Source: Mytilus trossulus (Eukaryota). From it: a DNA stretch of 64,000 nucleotides. The stretch covers positions 49,352,001-49,416,000 of the forward strand of contig NC_086383.1 of assembly GCF_036588685.1 (NCBI RefSeq), written 5' to 3'. A model generated the notes under the pieces. That model was not told the origin of the DNA. It saw nothing but the letters and a program-made list of their open reading frames with translations, and did no database searches. The position numbers and the translations under genes were made by a program. This document shows positions 62,723 to 64,000 of the stretch, one piece after another; position 1 is the stretch's first letter, and every line of letters begins with the position of its first letter.

Positions 62723-62833
62723 ATGACCGATGTCAACCTCATCCATGTTTATATGGCGGTACTTGTCGTAATGCTGTCGGTGATGGATTCCGATGTATAT
62801 GTCCTAGCGGATACTCTGGGGATTATTGTGAAG
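62723..62833 (+). CDS. EGF exon [37 protein letters not shown]
   Basis: 111 nt, phase 1-1, 6-Cys EGF. Confidence 0.9.
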
Positions 62834-63434
62834 GTAATAGAATACTGACAGCCTCATATCTGTTTGTTCATAATCTTCCTTGAATATATCTCACACCAGG
62901 ACCACCGTCGAAAAATCTAGCATCCTTTATTTAAATTCACAGTATCACAGAAAAAAAAAGTTCTTCTCTTTGACACATACGGAATATTTGTTTTAGTTTC
63001 AAACTATTTTATCTACTCAAAGTAAAATGGTTTTGGACACAAGAACGCCATACTTATGAAGTCCGCTCCGAATAACAATAATTTACAATACAATATTAAT
63101 ATTTGTTGTTGTTTAATTTACAGTTACTATTTTTTTTTAAGTAAATGAGAGCATATAGAATCAAATTTCTTTTTGTGTGTTATAAAGCAACTCCGAACAA
63201 CTTTATATCACAAATCAATTCCTCTACAAATTAATTATTCTCAATTGCGCTCTCAAAAAGACACTTTTTGTTGATTTAACTAACTTTATGTATTCTTATG
63301 ACCCGTTGAAGACCCATTGGTTGCCTTCGGTTGGTATCTGCTCTTTGTTCGGGTTGTTATCTCTTTGACATATTCCCCATTTCAATTCTCAATTTTATTA
63401 TGCATCTTATTTACACGTAAGAGCTTTTTTGTAG

Positions 63435-63542
63435 TTACACCCTGCACCAGTGCGCCATGTTTCAACGATGCTACATGTGTACTAGCTGGATCTTCGTACA
63501 CGTGCACCTGTCATTCGGGATACTATGGTCTGAGATGTGGTG
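63435..63542 (+). CDS. EGF exon VTPCTSAPCFNDATCVLAGSSYTCTCHSGYYGLRCG
   Basis: 108 nt, phase 1-1, GTAAGT donor. Confidence 0.9.
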
Positions 63543-63720
63543 GTAAGTGTGATTACTCGAACATTAATGGTTAGCGATGGTGGCTATTAACTTATATATC
63601 TTAAAACGATTGTTATACACAGTATAACAAATAACAGTAACAGTAAAACACAAAATACAAGACAACCAGAAATCGAATAGTTTTGCATTCATATTCGTTG
63701 TTCTGTAAATCACAGAATGT

Positions 63721-64000
63721 AAGCCGGTAATTGTTTTCATATGTTTGTTAAGTTAGCAGGTTTTTAGTTTCAAATTCGTAGATTCGATATCACATAATTA
63801 AGCTGGTTTTTAGTTTCGTAATTTCGATAATGTATTATCAAGCTGGTATTTAGTGTAGTAGATTTGCTTATCGCAGACTATAGTAAGCTGGTATGTAGTT
63901 TCATATATTTGCTTATCGAAGACTATAAGCTGGTATTTAGTTTCGTAGTTTCGATATTACATTATCAAGCTGGTTTTTAGTTTTAATAGATTAGCTTATT
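63721..64000. repeat. Degenerate ~40-45-bp minisatellite (AAGCTGGTwTTTAGTTTC...), running off the window
   Basis: Recurrent AAGCTGGT motif. Confidence 0.75.

Larger units (their letters stand above)
53998..63542 (+). other. Gene model (3'-incomplete): secreted or membrane PAN/apple + EGF-repeat protein
   Basis: join(53998-54324,61250-61337,62723-62833,63435-63542,...); phases 0,1,1,1; continues beyond the window. Confidence 0.8.

Overview
AT-rich, intron-rich animal genomic DNA; the interspersed repeat families look like those of a bivalve, most likely Mytilus (inference, from recalled repeat sequences). Most short ORFs in the track are spurious. Four spliced genes can be rebuilt with phase-consistent GT-AG junctions. 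(1,2) Two tandem minus-strand paralogs (6016-14687 and 19743-27948), each with 8 coding exons: signal peptide, conserved propeptide ending AKSFLxxRHKR, unassigned 8-Cys module, 2 EGF, 2 VWA. (3) A 3-exon, ~850-aa class-B/adhesion-like 7TM receptor with a somatomedin-B-like Cys-rich ectodomain and no visible GPS motif (39007-43943). (4) A PAN/apple + EGF-repeat gene (53998 onward) that runs off the window. Intergenic and intronic DNA holds many non-autonomous DNA transposons with readable TIRs and TSDs: a CACGGTG-ended Transib/Chapaev-type element, P-like, Kolobok-like, AcademH-like and Tc1/mariner-like elements, and a 5.6-kb nested foldback-type element. It also holds SINE-like repeats, local tandem repeats and a 746-bp tandem duplication of the 5' end of paralog 2.
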